The notes: generated from the sequence alone by a model not told the origin. Positions 14,250 through 28,859 are shown, counted from the stretch's first letter. The stretch is DNA of 64,000 nt from Takakia lepidozioides (GCA_030704615.1 CM060734.1:61690001-61754000), one strand, 5' to 3'. Made by a program: numbers and translations.

Positions 14250-17200
14250 AACTGCAGTGTACAATGAAACCTCCAAATGAATTCCATTTGTTCAACTATA
14301 GTACTAGAGCTAAATCAGTGGTGGTTTGTGTGCTTTTGTTGTTACACATGTTTGCAATTTCTTTTTGGAAGAAGTGACGTCCACGGATTTGATCGTATGA
14401 GAAACAAAGCAAGAGAGTGACTAGGCCTCTGAACTGTGCTTGTGCTTGGTATAATGAATCTTGTAACACAATGAGAAAGTTTGGATCTAGAAGGAAGGAA
14501 TTGACAGACAAATTCACATGCATGGTCTTGAGACAACTCCCAAATGAGTTATGTCAATCTGCAAGACCAAAAGATGAAGAAGAAAGGACATATAAGATTC
14601 GGCCTCCTGCAATTGGTGACAATCCATGTACTTTTTTGGAGATCCAGACTGTCCTCCCAGCCTTGAAACCGACTCAATTCTTACTCAGCCTCCTCCAGGG
14701 ATGTGACATCATTTTTTTGCAATAAAGCCATATGAACAATTGGACTGCCAGTGCGTACCACGGTGGGGACAACAGAGGGTTTCATGTGGTCCAAGAGTGG
14801 CTGGGCATGAGTGGTAATGGGGATGGCATTGATTGTTCAACTTTCTCAACCCATTCACAGCTGACACATCCCGCAGTCCATATAAGGAAAGACGCAATTC
14901 AACATGATATAATTTCTCTCTTTCTCACAATAAGTGACCACCACTTACGTCAATTCGACTGAAAGTAGACAGGTCCAGTAATAATGCTGGAATCAACTTC
15001 ATGCTTCCAGTATCATGCCAATGCCACCCACCTGCACCAACACTCCTTGTACTGGTATTGTCGTCATCTGTGCACCAGCACTAATTTAGGCTGAGTCCTT
15101 CTATGCTTGTGTCCCAAAACCACACCAGCCACTCTGGGAGAGTTAGTATACCTCTGGGACTCACCTTCAAGGGCAAGTTTAGGGTTTAGAGGAAGGGCAA
15201 GTCGTCGTCGTTTGCAGGGAATCCCAAATGAAATATCAAATGGGTCATACAGTGCCCTCAACATAAAAACTAGGCACACATCCTGGTAGCAGCAGCAGAT
15301 AGCCGTACTCTCAACCCCGCCCCCCCTCCTTTGTTAGTGCTATGGTAGTCCCATCCACTTTAACGCACTACGAAAGTGAAAAAATCATTGACGGAAATTT
15401 AAGACAGACGGGGGAGTAGGGAGGAAAACGTCATGACAAATTGAAGAATCTCATTCCGCTTCTTCTCCCCACCACTGAATCCTTCATTGGAAATTACAAC
15501 TTAAAAAGCTTTGGTAAATGATGAGTGCCAGCCAGCTTTGGAGATAGGAAGCCATAGAACTGAAATCATCCTAGCAAGTTTCTCAATTTGCAACCCTCCA
15601 TACCTACTTAGAACTTTAAACATATACAAATTCTCTGTTCATTATATATTTTGATTCTTATGACCTTCCCCAAGGAGGACAAGGGTTACCTTAAGAGGTT
15701 GGAGTTCTGGTAGGCCTAGGTGCCACTCGCTGGGCATTGCAAGCCATCTGTGAGAAGAAGTCCATATTGCTCACTCCTGGGACCTCAACTGGCAACCGAA
15801 CACTCAGAAACAGCCCTGCATGACTGCTCACTTCTGGCTCCTTCTCAAACAAGTTCTCACCCTTGAACATGGCCAACCCACTGGCACCTAAGAACCCTAA
15901 AAACCCTAAATTCTTCATAGTCTGGGTGCCCCACCAGCACCTGCCCCCACGCTCCACATCATGTGATTCCTCCCAAAACAATCGATGTCCTTTGTGGACT
16001 CATACCGTATGGCAGCAAGAAGATGTGTGGCAACACCTTTCCTGCTCTCAGATCGAGAAACCCAAATTCCTCTCAGTCACTGCCGGAACCGTGTCTTGCT
16101 ACACAAAATGGCCCTGCCCAGGTTATCTTGATCACTGCGGTGTCGTTTCTTCCGACTCACTACCTCCCTAATAAACTTCCAATCACCAAAATCGAGCCGA
16201 GTAGAAGGTTGAGGTCTACTTGAACTGCCAGCACCACACGTGATGGTTGGAACGTACAGTAGGAAAGCACATGAGATGGGTTCAGCTACAATGCATCCTA
16301 GAATTTTCTTGGAGCCTGAGCTGAAGAAATACACCTGACATTTCAGGAAACCGATACGTTAATGCATGACCAGCATAAATCATCTATCAGAAGGACTGTT
16401 GGAAGTGCAAGGGACCCGTCACATTCTACATAAGATCCCATACAATATGCTTTCTAGGTAATAAACAAATGTAGCAAAGCGACAAAAAATGCTGAATTTT
16501 GAACAGGATTGCCTACCTTGCAATGGTGCTGCCACAACCAGCCTGGAGAGAAACCCAGCTCCTGCTCCACAGAACTTTCACAACTTCCCGGACCTTGTTG
16601 AGGTGGCTGTGGGGGTCCCCAGGTAGCACAAGGGCATTGGAGGATGCAAATCTTGAAATGAATGCCCTTCAGATGGAATGAAGTGTGGAGCTTCTCATCA
16701 CTTTCTTGACTGCGGGCATAAACAAGCCCACAAAATGTGAGGAAGTCAGCTTGGCCGAGATCCAAAAAGAGTTGTCCAGACACACGCTTTTTGGGGCCTG
16801 GGAACCAGACATACTTTCAGCCCTTTCAAAATTATGAGTTGAAAGGGAGTCTCTAATCCAACAATGGCATCTTCACTTTCAGAATGGCCATGGTGGCGAC
16901 TCCAGCTAATCTCTTTCCTGCACGGTCGCAACTCGCAACCCTGTCGGCCCCACCAAATCCTTCCACTGAGACAAGGGACGCAAGGACTCGACGGTTCAAA
17001 GATCCATGTCATGCCGCCTCTCATTACTAGGGGACTGGCTGGGCCCTTGCACCACAACCATGTCACTCGAGGGAAAGAGATACGACGCCTACATGAGAGA
17101 ACGGAATCCTCCGTCTATGTGTAGGAAGATGAACATGGATTGAGGGCTGATGGATGCGACGCAGGTGAACCTTTCCATGGATTCACGCAAGGAATCCCGT

Positions 17201-17560
17201 TGAGTGACGTGGACTGGGAGATTGAAGTGGCAAGCTGCAGATGGCCAAAAGAAGCTTGGAAGCAATCTAGGTGGAAAGTTTCCGAAGAAGCAGGTAAAGC
17301 AAATAGGCACTGCGCGCGTACATAGATGTTCAACCTGGCGGGCATCGAGCGTGGGGGATTGAAGAAGCTTCGGTGATTCAGGGGTGATGCTGGGTGCAGT
17401 GCAGGATCCCAAAGTGCGTCTGGAGCTACAGAAGTGAGGTCTACTAATCTTCTTGTTTATTATTGAGAGAGGTTCTTCATGGATCAATAACAGGGAATAA
17501 GCTCTAGATGAGGGTGGACGCTGGCAGACAACTGTTTCCACGAGAAGTAGCTCGCTACAG
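14250..17560 (-). mobile_element. Probable old LINE relics (ORF2 3' zinc-finger region and ORF1-like fragments)
   Basis: Only fragmentary Cys/His motifs (CPA...ETLCCPH; PCVPCLSG) in stop-riddled frames. Boundaries are approximate. Confidence 0.3.
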
Positions 17561-17837
17561 CTACAAAGGTTTTCCCATGAGGTGCCGTTGTTCTTGTGTA
17601 GGCGGAAGGGTCATCAGGAGTAGTTCAGAAGCACCGCGGGAAGACCAGTGGACCTAGTCGAGCTGGCGAAGCGATGAACTGGCTTGATTATGCCTCAGTA
17701 ACGTATCCCGTCAAGCAGCAGGTCTATAGGCCTGAGTGCCGATTCCTCATGGTGACTTTCTACAGCTTTGGAGTTTTCTTCTTATGAGAGCCTCGCCCGT
17801 CACGGCTCTTTCTGGAGTTCACAGCAGTTTCAGGGTG

Positions 17838-20800
17838 ATGTCTACTGCTCAAAGCTTGCTTTTGTGGGGGCATTACTACAGCTGGTATTCTTCATCATTG
17901 AAGACTCCAGTTTCTGAAAACCTCTTTAAGCCACAGAGACCATTAGTCTCTTGGGACTTGAAGCTGTTCCCCTCAAGATTCAGCCATGGTTTAGGTTGCA
18001 ACAGCAGTGCTCCCTCGTTTTATAGAAGAGGATTTCTTTGTCAATTACTGCTAAATAGCTCTGGCTGCAGATGCAATTCTCTCTCTCTACGGCACCACAA
18101 TTGCAAAGTTCACATCCTTGCACAGGACGATGGTTCTAGACTGCTCAATCAAGAGCTCGACGAGGCTTTCAGATGCACGGAGGCATCTATCAATAATGTA
18201 CAGGGTTCAAGGAGTTTTGGAGCGACGGACTTTGGAGGCAGGGTGGAAATCAATGGCCATCGCATCTTTTTGATGCTGATGGGCTTGGTAGGAGGGCTAG
18301 CAATAATATTAGCTAGTGGTGGGGCAGCCTTGGCATCAACAATTGCTACCTCAGTATTGGAGGGAGAAATAGAGCGAAGGACTGTGGAGAACTTAAGAAC
18401 TCCTAATTTTGAGAAAGCTCACACTGAGCAATCCATCCTGGGAATAGCTGAGAAGAAGGATTGGACTGGTAAGTTATCAAGAGTATCAACGAAGTCAAAT
18501 GCTTTGGCGGTCGGGGAGGCAGGGAGTGCACAGCGGAGGATGCAAGATACTGATAATTTGCAGAACTCCCAGGAACTTCCCTCTCAAACTGTTGGCCAAA
18601 CACATGCCCTTCTGGGCTGTCCTGTCAAGGGCCGCACTGCTCCACTAAGTGTACTCCTGAGGTTTCGAAGGGGCTTCGAGAACACAGGGGCAACTTTTCC
18701 AATGGCTGGGCTAGGTTTTGTACGAGAACCAGCTGGAGACAGCATGGGAATAAATTATGGTCAAATAGTGGCAGCTCACGATGACATGGGCCTGAAAAAA
18801 GACATGTTTACAACGGATGCTTGGATGGGTATGAGGCGCCTTCAACAGTACTCCAGGCTGGTAGACAGAGTGGAAGCACAAGAAAAGCTTTGTCATGAGT
18901 GCACTCGCAATCGCAGGTAAGAGTTGACCATTTAGCTCCTTTGGCAGCAGCACCAAGCTGATCAATAGCTCACAGGGACATCAGCAAGGTAGGAAACCGC
19001 ACCTTTACTGAAGATGTCCTCCAATCTACTGCATTTTCCAAGCTAGTACTCATATCTGTTGATGTATTGCCCTCAAACCCAGTGGTATCAAATGAGAGTT
19101 ATTTGCAGATACAAGTCAAGATCTATATTAATTTAGTAATCCAGCTTTGAAGTTGCACTGGTTTTGTAACAGATCTGGTGTTGCATCGTGATGGCTGCAG
19201 GTTGCTTGAGCAGATCTGGCAAACGGTGGCCAATGTATGCTTCGCGTTTTACCTGCTTTCCCTCTCCAATATTCCACCTTCCAAATTCGTTGTTGGACAT
19301 GCTGATGTACCAGTTTACTATCTCATACTCAAGCAGATCGATAGGTTTTTAAGAGTTGGGTTGCCTGCAAGTTCATTTGGTTGGTTCCTTGATGGAATTT
19401 GTGTTACACTTTCTTTCCCTCTGATGTTGCCTGAGCATGACAATGTCCAGAGCCTCTTCTTTCATTTATTCTGACGTGTAATACTGGCATGGGCGCTCTA
19501 AATGTACCAATTTTGGTGGTGGTCAACAAATGCGCTTGTGGCAGGAATACTTTGATCAGTATGGCAGGTACAATTGCCTTTCTTGTTCCCTGCCAACAAT
19601 AATACTGACACGCAAGGAGAGGAATGTGGTAGAGGGTACGGTGGAAAAGGAACAAGAGAAAAAGAAATAGACTTTTATGATGACCATGGGAAGCTCGAAG
19701 AGGTTAAGAAATAAGGAAAGAATCTAGTAGGCACAGAGGCGCCCAAGTGACAGATAGAAATAAAACAAAATGGTACTTCATAACGTCCGTGGAAAGCTCA
19801 AATAAATGTACTGATGTCATTCCCTGCGAACGTTAGCTGGCCATCGACTTACTGCAATTGATCCCCTGGGAAAGTAACACTCCTGGAGCCTTTTGTGGGG
19901 TTCACACGTTCGCACCCACCACAGTTTAGCTTATCCCAACTTATTTCCCGCAACAGCCATTTAATGTGCTCACAGAGGCACTTGTCCGCATGCAAACTCA
20001 ACAGCCCAGTTGCAGGGTTATTTTTATTTTAGTCAAGCCGAGCCACAAAAGATAGCAGCTGTGGTAAATATACTATGAATGATTCTTTCTTGAGTGCACT
20101 AACCCACATATTTTGACATCTCCTCTGTTTTGCAGCTTCTCCCAATCACAATGGTCTGGAGAGCTGTATCGGGCTCTGAACAAGGCTGGCGGCCTCCTGC
20201 GGACCAAAGGAGAAACGTATGAACGAGTGCCCTTATCACCGTTCACCTTATTCAGTTTGTATATTTTGTCTCTTCGATCCTCACTGAGCAACAAGAGTTG
20301 GTTCTTTGGGGGCACTGGCATTATGGCAAGCAGGTACAGGGCTGTAAAAGAAATGGTGGGCAATCTAGGTGATCGGTATAGTGCGTTTTTGACTGCAGAG
20401 CAGTATCGGCTTGCAATTCACCACCCTATACCCTCAGAGTTAAAGTATCTTACGTACCAGTATACCGGAGTTGGCATGGAGGTAAGTAATCTGTGAACAT
20501 TTTAGCAAGAGTGACGAGTATTGTGGTGCATAAACAGAGTCAAATGGGTGAGCATTAAGAGGGGAGAGAGATGTTTATTGACTACTCCTAATGGGGGAAA
20601 GGGGAAGAGAATTAATGAGGACCACTGGAAGAACATTTGCCCACTGAAGGCTGAGAGAGAGAAAGATTGTCATTGCATGTATGAGAGGCCCAAAGAACCC
20701 AAGAGACTGGACTGGCTGTTTGACATTGTTCTTGAATACTAAATGTTGCTTTCAGACTTGCCGCTGTAGCCTCAAATTTGGCCACAGATATGATAATGTT

Positions 20801-23800
20801 AGCCCTGTGTGTAGTTAACAGTGTGGCAAATAAAAATGCATGATAATTGTGGTTGGCTACAAGTCTGCTTTTTAAGAACCATCTTAAGAACAAAGATTGT
20901 GGCGATTATGTGGGTAGTGGCCGGACTCATGGAGAAAACCCTGCCTTGGAAATCTTGATCCATCCCCTTCAAATCATGACACCTTCCAATATGCTTCTGT
21001 AAAGTTTTCTCTTGGATCTATGGCCAGCTTGGCTTTAGAAATAATATGAAGTGTGTGCAAATGTGCTGAAGATATTAAAATCCAAGTTTCTTATGAAGGA
21101 GCATGCATGTGCAGCTTGGGGAGCCATCACCAACTGGTGGGTTTACAATTGTGGCTCCTTTTGCTGGCTCCCCTGCCGAGGAGGTACTTTCTTCCTTCTC
21201 CCCACCCCTCACCTCTCCCCTTCAGTTGATTCCTAACTTTCTGAGATGGACTAGATTCGATTGAAATGGCTAGACAGAGAAGAGGATTATCTGGAGGAGC
21301 ATATATATGTATATATCTATCATCTACTCCCTAGTTGGTGCAGGTTGTGTTGGTTGCACAGTCAGCACATGTTTGAAAGTTGATGAGTGTAAGCCAGATG
21401 TGAGTGGTGTATGCTGGCAGTCATCATGGATTCTAATGGTGGATTGGCCAAGGCTGCAGGCTGGAATATTGGGGGGAGAGCAGCTATTGGCAGTGGATGA
21501 TATCTCAATGAACTCTCTTCAAAGGGATGAGGCGGTCGCTCTCTTGAGAGGGCCAATCGGCTCAATGGTCTCTCTCCCTCTCTCTCTCTGGATTTCTTGG
21601 AAGCAAGGCCGTCCTGTTAAACAGGCTAAGTCCTGACAGAAATAGGTAGAGGTGATTTTCAAGTACCTGAATATTAGGCAGGAAGAACTGACTTGGAGGC
21701 TGAACCGTCTTAGGCCATGTTGGAAACACAAAGAATGTCTGAACAAAACGAAGTTAGGCTTAAAATTTCCTTATATTGTTTCCACTTTGTGACATAGGTG
21801 AGGACCTTAAGGATGATCTGAAGGGCCTACCTATTCCTTGGCACTAGAATGAATTAAACTCAGGACGGGGAGTCTACCTTTGAACAAAAAGTAGATCCAA
21901 GATTGTCAATGCCTGATGTGCTGGGCAGCCTGAAGACAATATCCATTTTCTGATACAATGTCCAGGGTATTCTCATCAGAGAGCGACCCTCTTCAGGACC
22001 ATCAAGAACAAAGTCCCTGCACCTCTGTTCACCAACTTTCAAAATCTTGAGGCTGAGCTTGAAGCCCTGACCTTGTTGGGGTCTAATTGGAGGGCAGCTC
22101 ACACACAGCAGATTGATGCTTGTGTGAAAGGCTTTCTAGAGGAAATCTGCAAAGCCCGAATCAATTGCTTATACCAAGGTAGGCCCCACTACTGGAGTGA
22201 GCCCCTCACAATGATAGTGTCTGTTCCCTTCTGTTCAGCCCAAACCGGGCGCGACCTCTATGGCCACAAGGCTATGGTGAACGTTGTCTCATGATTACAT
22301 TCTCCCCCTCTCCTCTCGTTACCTCTTTTTAGGCAGTGTTCATTCCAGTTACTGATCCGTGCCCAACTTTGGGATCAGAGCAGCAGTGCTGGAATGAACT
22401 TTGTGTGTTGTAGTATGATCATGGATAATTTATACTAGCAATATGACGAACTATACGTGGAACAACTATATAGTGATTGGAACACATTGGTTGTAGATTT
22501 GGTGTTGATAGTTTGGCTATTGTTTGTGATTTGCAGAAATCCCAACCGGCTAGTCTTTTTCCATGTGAAGCAGTTGACTCGCTACCTTTATATAACCGTA
22601 TTTTTTTGCATTTGTTTTCTGTCTGCAGGTGGAGTTGGAGGTGGGGTCTCAGACTAAAGCAAGACGGGTGCTGTTAGAGCGACGTGCGCTACCGTTACCT
22701 CCTTTAAAGATGCAGATGCTGAATGATGGGCATGGACGTTTAGTGGCCTACCTGCGTCTGCATTACTTCACACATGAGGGCACAAATAGAATGGCTGCAG
22801 CCATACGTGAAGGGGAAGCTCTTGGTGTTGATGGCTATAGTACGTTCTGTTTCTCCCAAATCCGACATGCCTTGGGCCAGTTGACTTAGTATTGATATTC
22901 CCCCAATGAAACTATCACTGCTGAGACTTATGATAGCATTGCACCCTCTTCTAGCTTGGTCTAGTCGTTTCTGGGCTGTTAAGTTGGTCGAAGGTTCTTA
23001 CATGAGTAACTTTTCAGCTTCTTCTTATGCCCATAGTGAATGTACCCAAATGCCTCGTGTGTTTGACATCATTATCTTTCTGAAATTGAGCCACTGTTGG
23101 TTGTGGGTTGCTCTCTCTGCAACATTGAATGCTTCAACACCTAAGCAACCTGGTCCCTGCAATCTTGTTGTGGATGAGCGCTAAACACATCATGATGGAA
23201 ACCTATTTCAGCTCTGGCCATACTTTCATACTCAAATGCCAGTGAGAAGTAACAAGAAGTTGGCTGTGCTCAATACAGTTCTGGACTTGAGGAACAACCC
23301 TGGCGGGGTTTTCGAGGAAGCGATAGCGATGGCGGTAAAAGTCTCGGGACAGTCCTACCCTTGGATATTAGCATGTTCTTTTTCCTTCCCTCAGAAATTT
23401 GTGGGACATTCATATAGAACTTCTTATGTACATTGAGGCATCTACATGAGAGAGGAGAATCTATTAGTATGTCAGGAGTTGCGATATTGAAGTGCCGGTA
23501 CTGCAAACTGTATTGGATTTTTTCTAGTTGAGTTTTTTAAAACTGCATCGGTGTGTTCTAGGAGTGGTTAGCTCTGATAAATGGCTCTCTATGGAATGGT
23601 TTGAGGTGATTTGCAGGCACTATGGCTGGACTGCAAGGGATGTGATGTGACAGAGACAGTCCGCAGCAATGCACCAGAGGTCGAAGATCTGATCTATACA
23701 GTTGGCAAGCTCCCAGTAATTCCTCTTGCTCTTTCACTATCTGAATCAATTTCATTGGGTTTCTTAGTGAGAATTAGGTTCCATTACCGGTCATCCATAA

Positions 23801-24946
23801 TATCACAAACTTCATTGGCTACGGGGAGTAATGGTGGTGTCATGTCGTTCATTGGGTTCTAAGAAAAGCAAATCCCCTGTAACCGCTGCCTCACGCAGGG
23901 TTGTCTCCCAGCAAATTCAGCCATGCAAGCTGAGCTACACCAGAGAGAGGGAGGTGACTTTTAATAATTGGGGGTTTTGCAGAAAGATATCTTTCTGAAA
24001 CATCCAGGAGTGCTCACTCATGCACCCCTAGCCATCATTACCAACCGGAACAGCGCTAGTGCCAGTGAGGTAAGTGGTCCAGTGTCCTCTACTCACGCAA
24101 TGAGTCTCTTATCTACTTTTGTAGGTGAGGACACCTGGAACAGCACAGATTGAAATTAAAGAGGGTAGGTTTACTAGTACTGAATCGAATTGCTTGTGCT
24201 TACACAGGTGATAACAGGAGCGCTGCATGACAATCACAGAGTGGTCACTGTGGGGGAGAAGACTTTTGGGAAAGGTGTTGTTCAGGTGAGAAGTAACAAC
24301 TTGTGTTCCAATAGAAATTGAGAGGCTGACCCTGTCCAGATGCTGGTCGTTGAGAGAGGGAGAGATCTTTAACTATAGCCAGGCCCACTGTTGTACCAAC
24401 TATAGTTGCCATGATTTGGTTGATCTGGGTGGATCAGCAGTGATAAACTGCTCTATCTATCAAGTGCAACACCACATTGTTTTTGGAGGTTAGGTTCAAA
24501 GTATTAGTAAACCACTCTAACACAGCAGAAGGATGGGGTGGAAGTGCAGTATTATTTTCCAATGGATGATGGAAGTGGCTTGAAGCTCACAGTAGCCAAG
24601 TACTTAACACCTGGCCGTTACGACATCTCAAAGCAGTACGTCTCTGTCCGCATCCCACCCCTGTTTCTGAAGCTTTCGGTTGTTGCCAAATAAAATTCGT
24701 TTGTGTGTGGGGACTGTAGAGTAAGACTAAGATAGAAGTGTGTTGGTTGGCAGGGGAGGTTTACCACCAGACAAGGCCTGCAGCGACTATCCTCATGGGG
24801 GAACCCAATCAGACAAGTGTATTGAGGAGGCTTTGGGAATGTTGACAACCACTGAGCGACCACCAGGTGTGTCAGTGAAAGCGCCAATGCCCTATCGTTG
24901 GCTTCCCTTTACGGAACGTCGCTTCTGGGCCTCAGGATCCTATTGA
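17838..24946 (+). CDS. ctpA: C-terminal processing peptidase (peptidase S41A, CtpA family), about 14 exons, predicted chloroplast/thylakoid-lumen targeting
   Basis: GT-AG exons read in order: LLEQIWQTVAN / EYFDQYG / FSQSQW / MVGNLGDRYSAFL...TGVGME / IVAPFAGSPAEE / AGILGGEQLLAVD...LLRGPIGS (PDZ) / AYLRLHYF / LDLRNNPGG / ALWLD / NRNSASASE (catalytic Ser) / GALHD...GEKTFGKGVVQ (catalytic Lys) / GSGLKLTVAKYLTP / GGLPPD, stop at 24946. Exon 1 has a hydrophobic stretch ending A-L-A. The exact paralog and start codon are uncertain. Confidence 0.92.
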
Positions 24947-25189
24947 ATCACGTTGTATAATTTATTCAACCATACTATTGTATCTTTACAAGTCAAAGTG
25001 GGCTCTACCTCATCTACACAGATCTGAGATCATTGACAAGGCGAATTTCTTGGACATCATTATAGCCCATTCACAGGTCTTGAGAGTCCATGTAGCAATT
25101 AACCCACATAAAATAGAATATAGTCATTTGTATAATATCTTGGATGTTCCCACTTCTACAAAAGCACATAATTGTTGTCACCCGGTGGT

Positions 25190-25297
25190 GATTTGCTCAG
25201 CTGAGATATTTCAAGATATAAGACTGTCTATGTTTGCAAAGCCGATTTGCTCAGCTAAGATGGTTCAAGATATAAGATTGTCCTTGTTCACAAAGCC
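25190..25297. repeat. 54-bp tandem duplication
   Basis: GATTTGCTCAGCT...CAAGATATAAGA...CAAAGCC present twice head-to-tail, diverged. Confidence 0.8.
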
Positions 25298-25883
25298 TAA
25301 ACCGCTGTGCTATTTACAGCTAACAGTATGCACCCCAACGTAGATTATATTGTGACGAGAAGAGTAGTATCTAAATCTTAATCTACATACTACACAGTCA
25401 ACCTACTTGCAGATCCAAGAATATGGGATCCATGAAGAGAAAACTGGCCATAGTTATTCAGTAGAGCGGAAGTCTTACAAAACTGACTTGCCTAAACCTC
25501 CTCCTGACCACCAAATCCTGCTCAAGGGGACTCCATTTCACCATTGAGTCTGAGGCCCACAACCTGCTCAGGGCTTGGACTAGCTAGGGAAGCTTGCCGA
25601 TGATGGGTTTGATTGCTGGGGGCTGGAACAATAAACTCTCAGTTGAGATAGAGACTTTTGGGATGTGACACCAGGTCGTGCTGGAAATAAATTCCGCAGT
25701 AATTGCATGCTTGGCTCGGCTCTTGGGCGACGGTAGCGGAGGCATTTGCAAGCTGAATTATGAGATATCACTCCTTCAACAGTCAAAATCCATCCACGCA
25801 ATTGAACACTTTCCTTTCAAGCGGATGCCTTACTTCATAATAGTACTCTAGTCAGCAAAATCACAACCAGTGAATAGAGTGAC

Positions 25884-26635
25884 TCACACAATAGAGTCCA
25901 GGTGGCGAATCTTTTCTATTTCGTATTTGCTGCCGATGGTGATATTTTCATCATCTAAGATCTCATCGCAATCAAAATTTGCAATAGGAACTGAATCCAA
26001 ATACAGAAAATATTGGTTGTAAGTATCGTGTTTGTTTTTTAGGACGAGAAACTTCTCGCCAGGTTGTATGGGTTCTTTCGTCAGAATCGTGTGCACGCCA
26101 TCTAAGAATTGTTTCAAGATGAGAGGATGGCCAGTCTCGTTGATAATGTCTGTTGAGACCACATTCCCGTGGAATACTCGTCGAAAGCTGCAATCAAAGT
26201 CCATAGTCCATACACATAAACACGTTAGCTTCCACAGAATATCAGCAGAACAGTAAATCACATCAGCAAAACTATAGCGCGAGTGCCAGCAAAAGTTGTG
26301 AAGAGAGCAACTTACCAATTTGTGTGGTTTGGCCGTTGCCCAAACATTTTGATGTAAGATTTTTTGATGATGATACTTTCACTCCCGGATATGTCATTAC
26401 TATCAACTTGTACATCCGGCTCTAACTTGTGAACAGGCTCTGAATTGCTACCATCCTCTGACGTGTGGAGATATAGACCGATACACTTGCAGTTCGTGTC
26501 ATCATTTGCACCACGGATATCATAGGTCACGCCATCTTCCAGTGTGATCAACCTAGTTTCTTTGTCATCTGAGAATTCTTTCAAATCCATACGAAGGCCA
26601 GTCTTGTTGATAATGTGTGTTGTGAACCCGTCCAT
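25884..26635 (-). CDS. Two-exon protein with two tandem DUF7748-like (bryophyte-type small beta-rich) domains
   Basis: Both halves start T-x-I-I-N-x-T-G-x-x-x-x-L-K (TTHIINKTGLRMDLKE; STDIINETGHPLILKQ...HDTYNQY). Intron 26315-26188 (GTAAG...TTGCAG) joins them in frame (TG+C = Cys). The family name is from recalled similarity, not a search. Confidence 0.65.
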
Positions 26636-27175
26636 AACCAAATATTCCTTACCTTCACGACAACAAAGTCTTCACGTAAAATCGTGAGAAATTGCAACTC
26701 TACAATCCGGTGTGAGCTAATGCTAACAAAAAGACGGTCATTGTAGCCATTGCAGAGTCACCTCTCTATTACACAATCGGCTTTCTCATTCATGAAAACA
26801 AAGGCCGTCCACAGCTCTACAGTAAATCTTCATCCTCAAGAGTCAGAAGTAGGCCAGAAATCCGAGCTTTTACATCTCTTCACGACAGCGTAAAGAGCTA
26901 AAAGCATGTGAGGAAGTTAACACGAGTGGGAACGTTTGAGTGTGTTGAGAGTGCACCTTCGAAGCTTTTTGTTCACCCTTAACCAACGACGCCGCCGACG
27001 GTTACAATGGAGAGTTGAAGGAGGCACCAATTATAGCATAGAAAGAGTGGCGCTGGCGCGAGAGCTGTGAGCCCCAACACCTTGAAGCACAATATGGAAT
27101 CCAATGAACTGATATCTTTCGTCTTCACGTTGTTACAAAGAGCCTCCTTGCTCTCTATGGACTGTAACACTGCTA

Positions 27176-27394
27176 GAGCCTAATTTCCCATTCCTTCACT
27201 ATTATTTTGAGCTCTGATTGTCATCAATATCCCTTCCGGACTTCACCTTAAACTGCACGACATGGAAGAAGATTTGTTTCAGTTTTGAGAGACTAATTTC
27301 CCATTCCTTCACTATTATGTTGAGCTCTGATTGTCATCAATATCTTCACCTTAAACTGCACGACATGGAAGAAAGATTTGTTTCAGTTTTGAGA
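27176..27394. repeat. Tandem duplication of about 110 bp
   Basis: CTAATTTCCCATTCCTTCACTATTAT...GATTTGTTTCAGTTTTGAGA occurs twice; the second copy has a deletion of about 10 bp. Confidence 0.9.
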
Positions 27395-28859
27395 GCTGTA
27401 CACACAGTGGGGGCTTTAGCAAAGTCTGATGTGTGTGGTGGCATGCATCAATTCCAAGGGGTTCTACGTAGCATGGCTGTTCACATGCGAGTTGGCCCGC
27501 TCCAGCTTGCCACGTCTCATACGTGATATTTACAAAGGGAACGTGTCCTGTCTTCCGGGATCGGCTGGAAACCCTAACGAATTTCCCCGACAGTGGTGGA
27601 CCAGGAATACAACTACGACATGGCTAAACCTGGATGGTCAATAGCCACATTTACGGCAGGCCACCTGCACTGGTGCCATAGGGTGCTCACACACAGGCCC
27701 CTGCACTCGACGCGTGGTAAAATCTGCGGCCAGACACGTGGCGCTAGTTCGGCCCACGCTTCGGGAACAAGTTATGTGTGAAGGGAACGATAAAACTTGG
27801 AAACCCTAACCCTAGCTTTATTGTCTATTGGACTCCTTCGGCAGCGAGTTAGGTATATCCCAAAGGGCTACTTAGAGAATGGGACTAGCTAAAGACAATC
27901 CTAACGTAACTTACCTGAAACATACCCATGTCCATCCCTTACTATCCATATAATGGAATTTATATTCTGCCATGCTCAATACAGAGACCAATCAATTGTT
28001 ACCAAACGTGCAAAAAAATTAACAACTGGTTTTTGGCCCTTCTTCAACATGGTTTTGGCGCACCAATTAGGAAAAAATTAAGATATGTCATATCAATTAT
28101 TCAGAAGCCAAGTAACTAAACTTACGATGAGGAAACTTAGCCGCAAGGTGAAGTGGCTAGGCTTAGTTATGCCGGGCCGGCCAATGTATTCTCTCTCTAG
28201 TGAGAAAACAATGGCATCAAGTTGTTAGGGCACAAGGCGCTTTACAAACTGCATGGATTCAAAGCCACAAAGGTCTATGTTGGATGTCACTCATTTTGGT
28301 CCCCATAAACTAAACTATGATGCCTCTCGAAGGAAGGACACGTAATTATGGTATCTCTTTACCCTGAAGAGTATTGCCTTCAAGCGGGAAGGTGGACACC
28401 GTGGACACCTCTGTGACACCAAGCGGTGGATTGAACTTCCGAGGTGGTATGTACTCATTACCACTGCCTGGTATGTTAGTACCAGTGTTGTGCGGTTCTT
28501 GCCATATTGAAGGAACCGCCGGTTCCGGTTCCTTGGTATATTTAAAGAGGCGGTTCCGGTTCCGGTTCCGGTTCCAAAATTCATGAGCAGATTCCGGTTC
28601 CGGTTCCGGGTATTTTTTGGGAAGGAACCGCCGGTTCTAGTTTCCGGTTCCGGTTCTCTATTTTTTAAATTTAAATATATATATTAAATTTTTATCGTTT
28701 TTTAATAAATCTGAAAATGATTTGTGAATCCCCATTAGTTATATCAAATATTTTGACCATGTTGAAAAGAAACAGCACAACATTCATATACAAATTTATG
28801 AAATAATAATAATGCAATATAAGCGAGTATAAATCAATGTGTATAGAGTACACAAAGAA

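Noticed and set aside
15890-15910. Interstitial telomere repeat (AACCCTAA twice; similar at 15178 and 27801)
   Set aside because: Only one or two units; at most telo-box-like and not distinguishable from chance.
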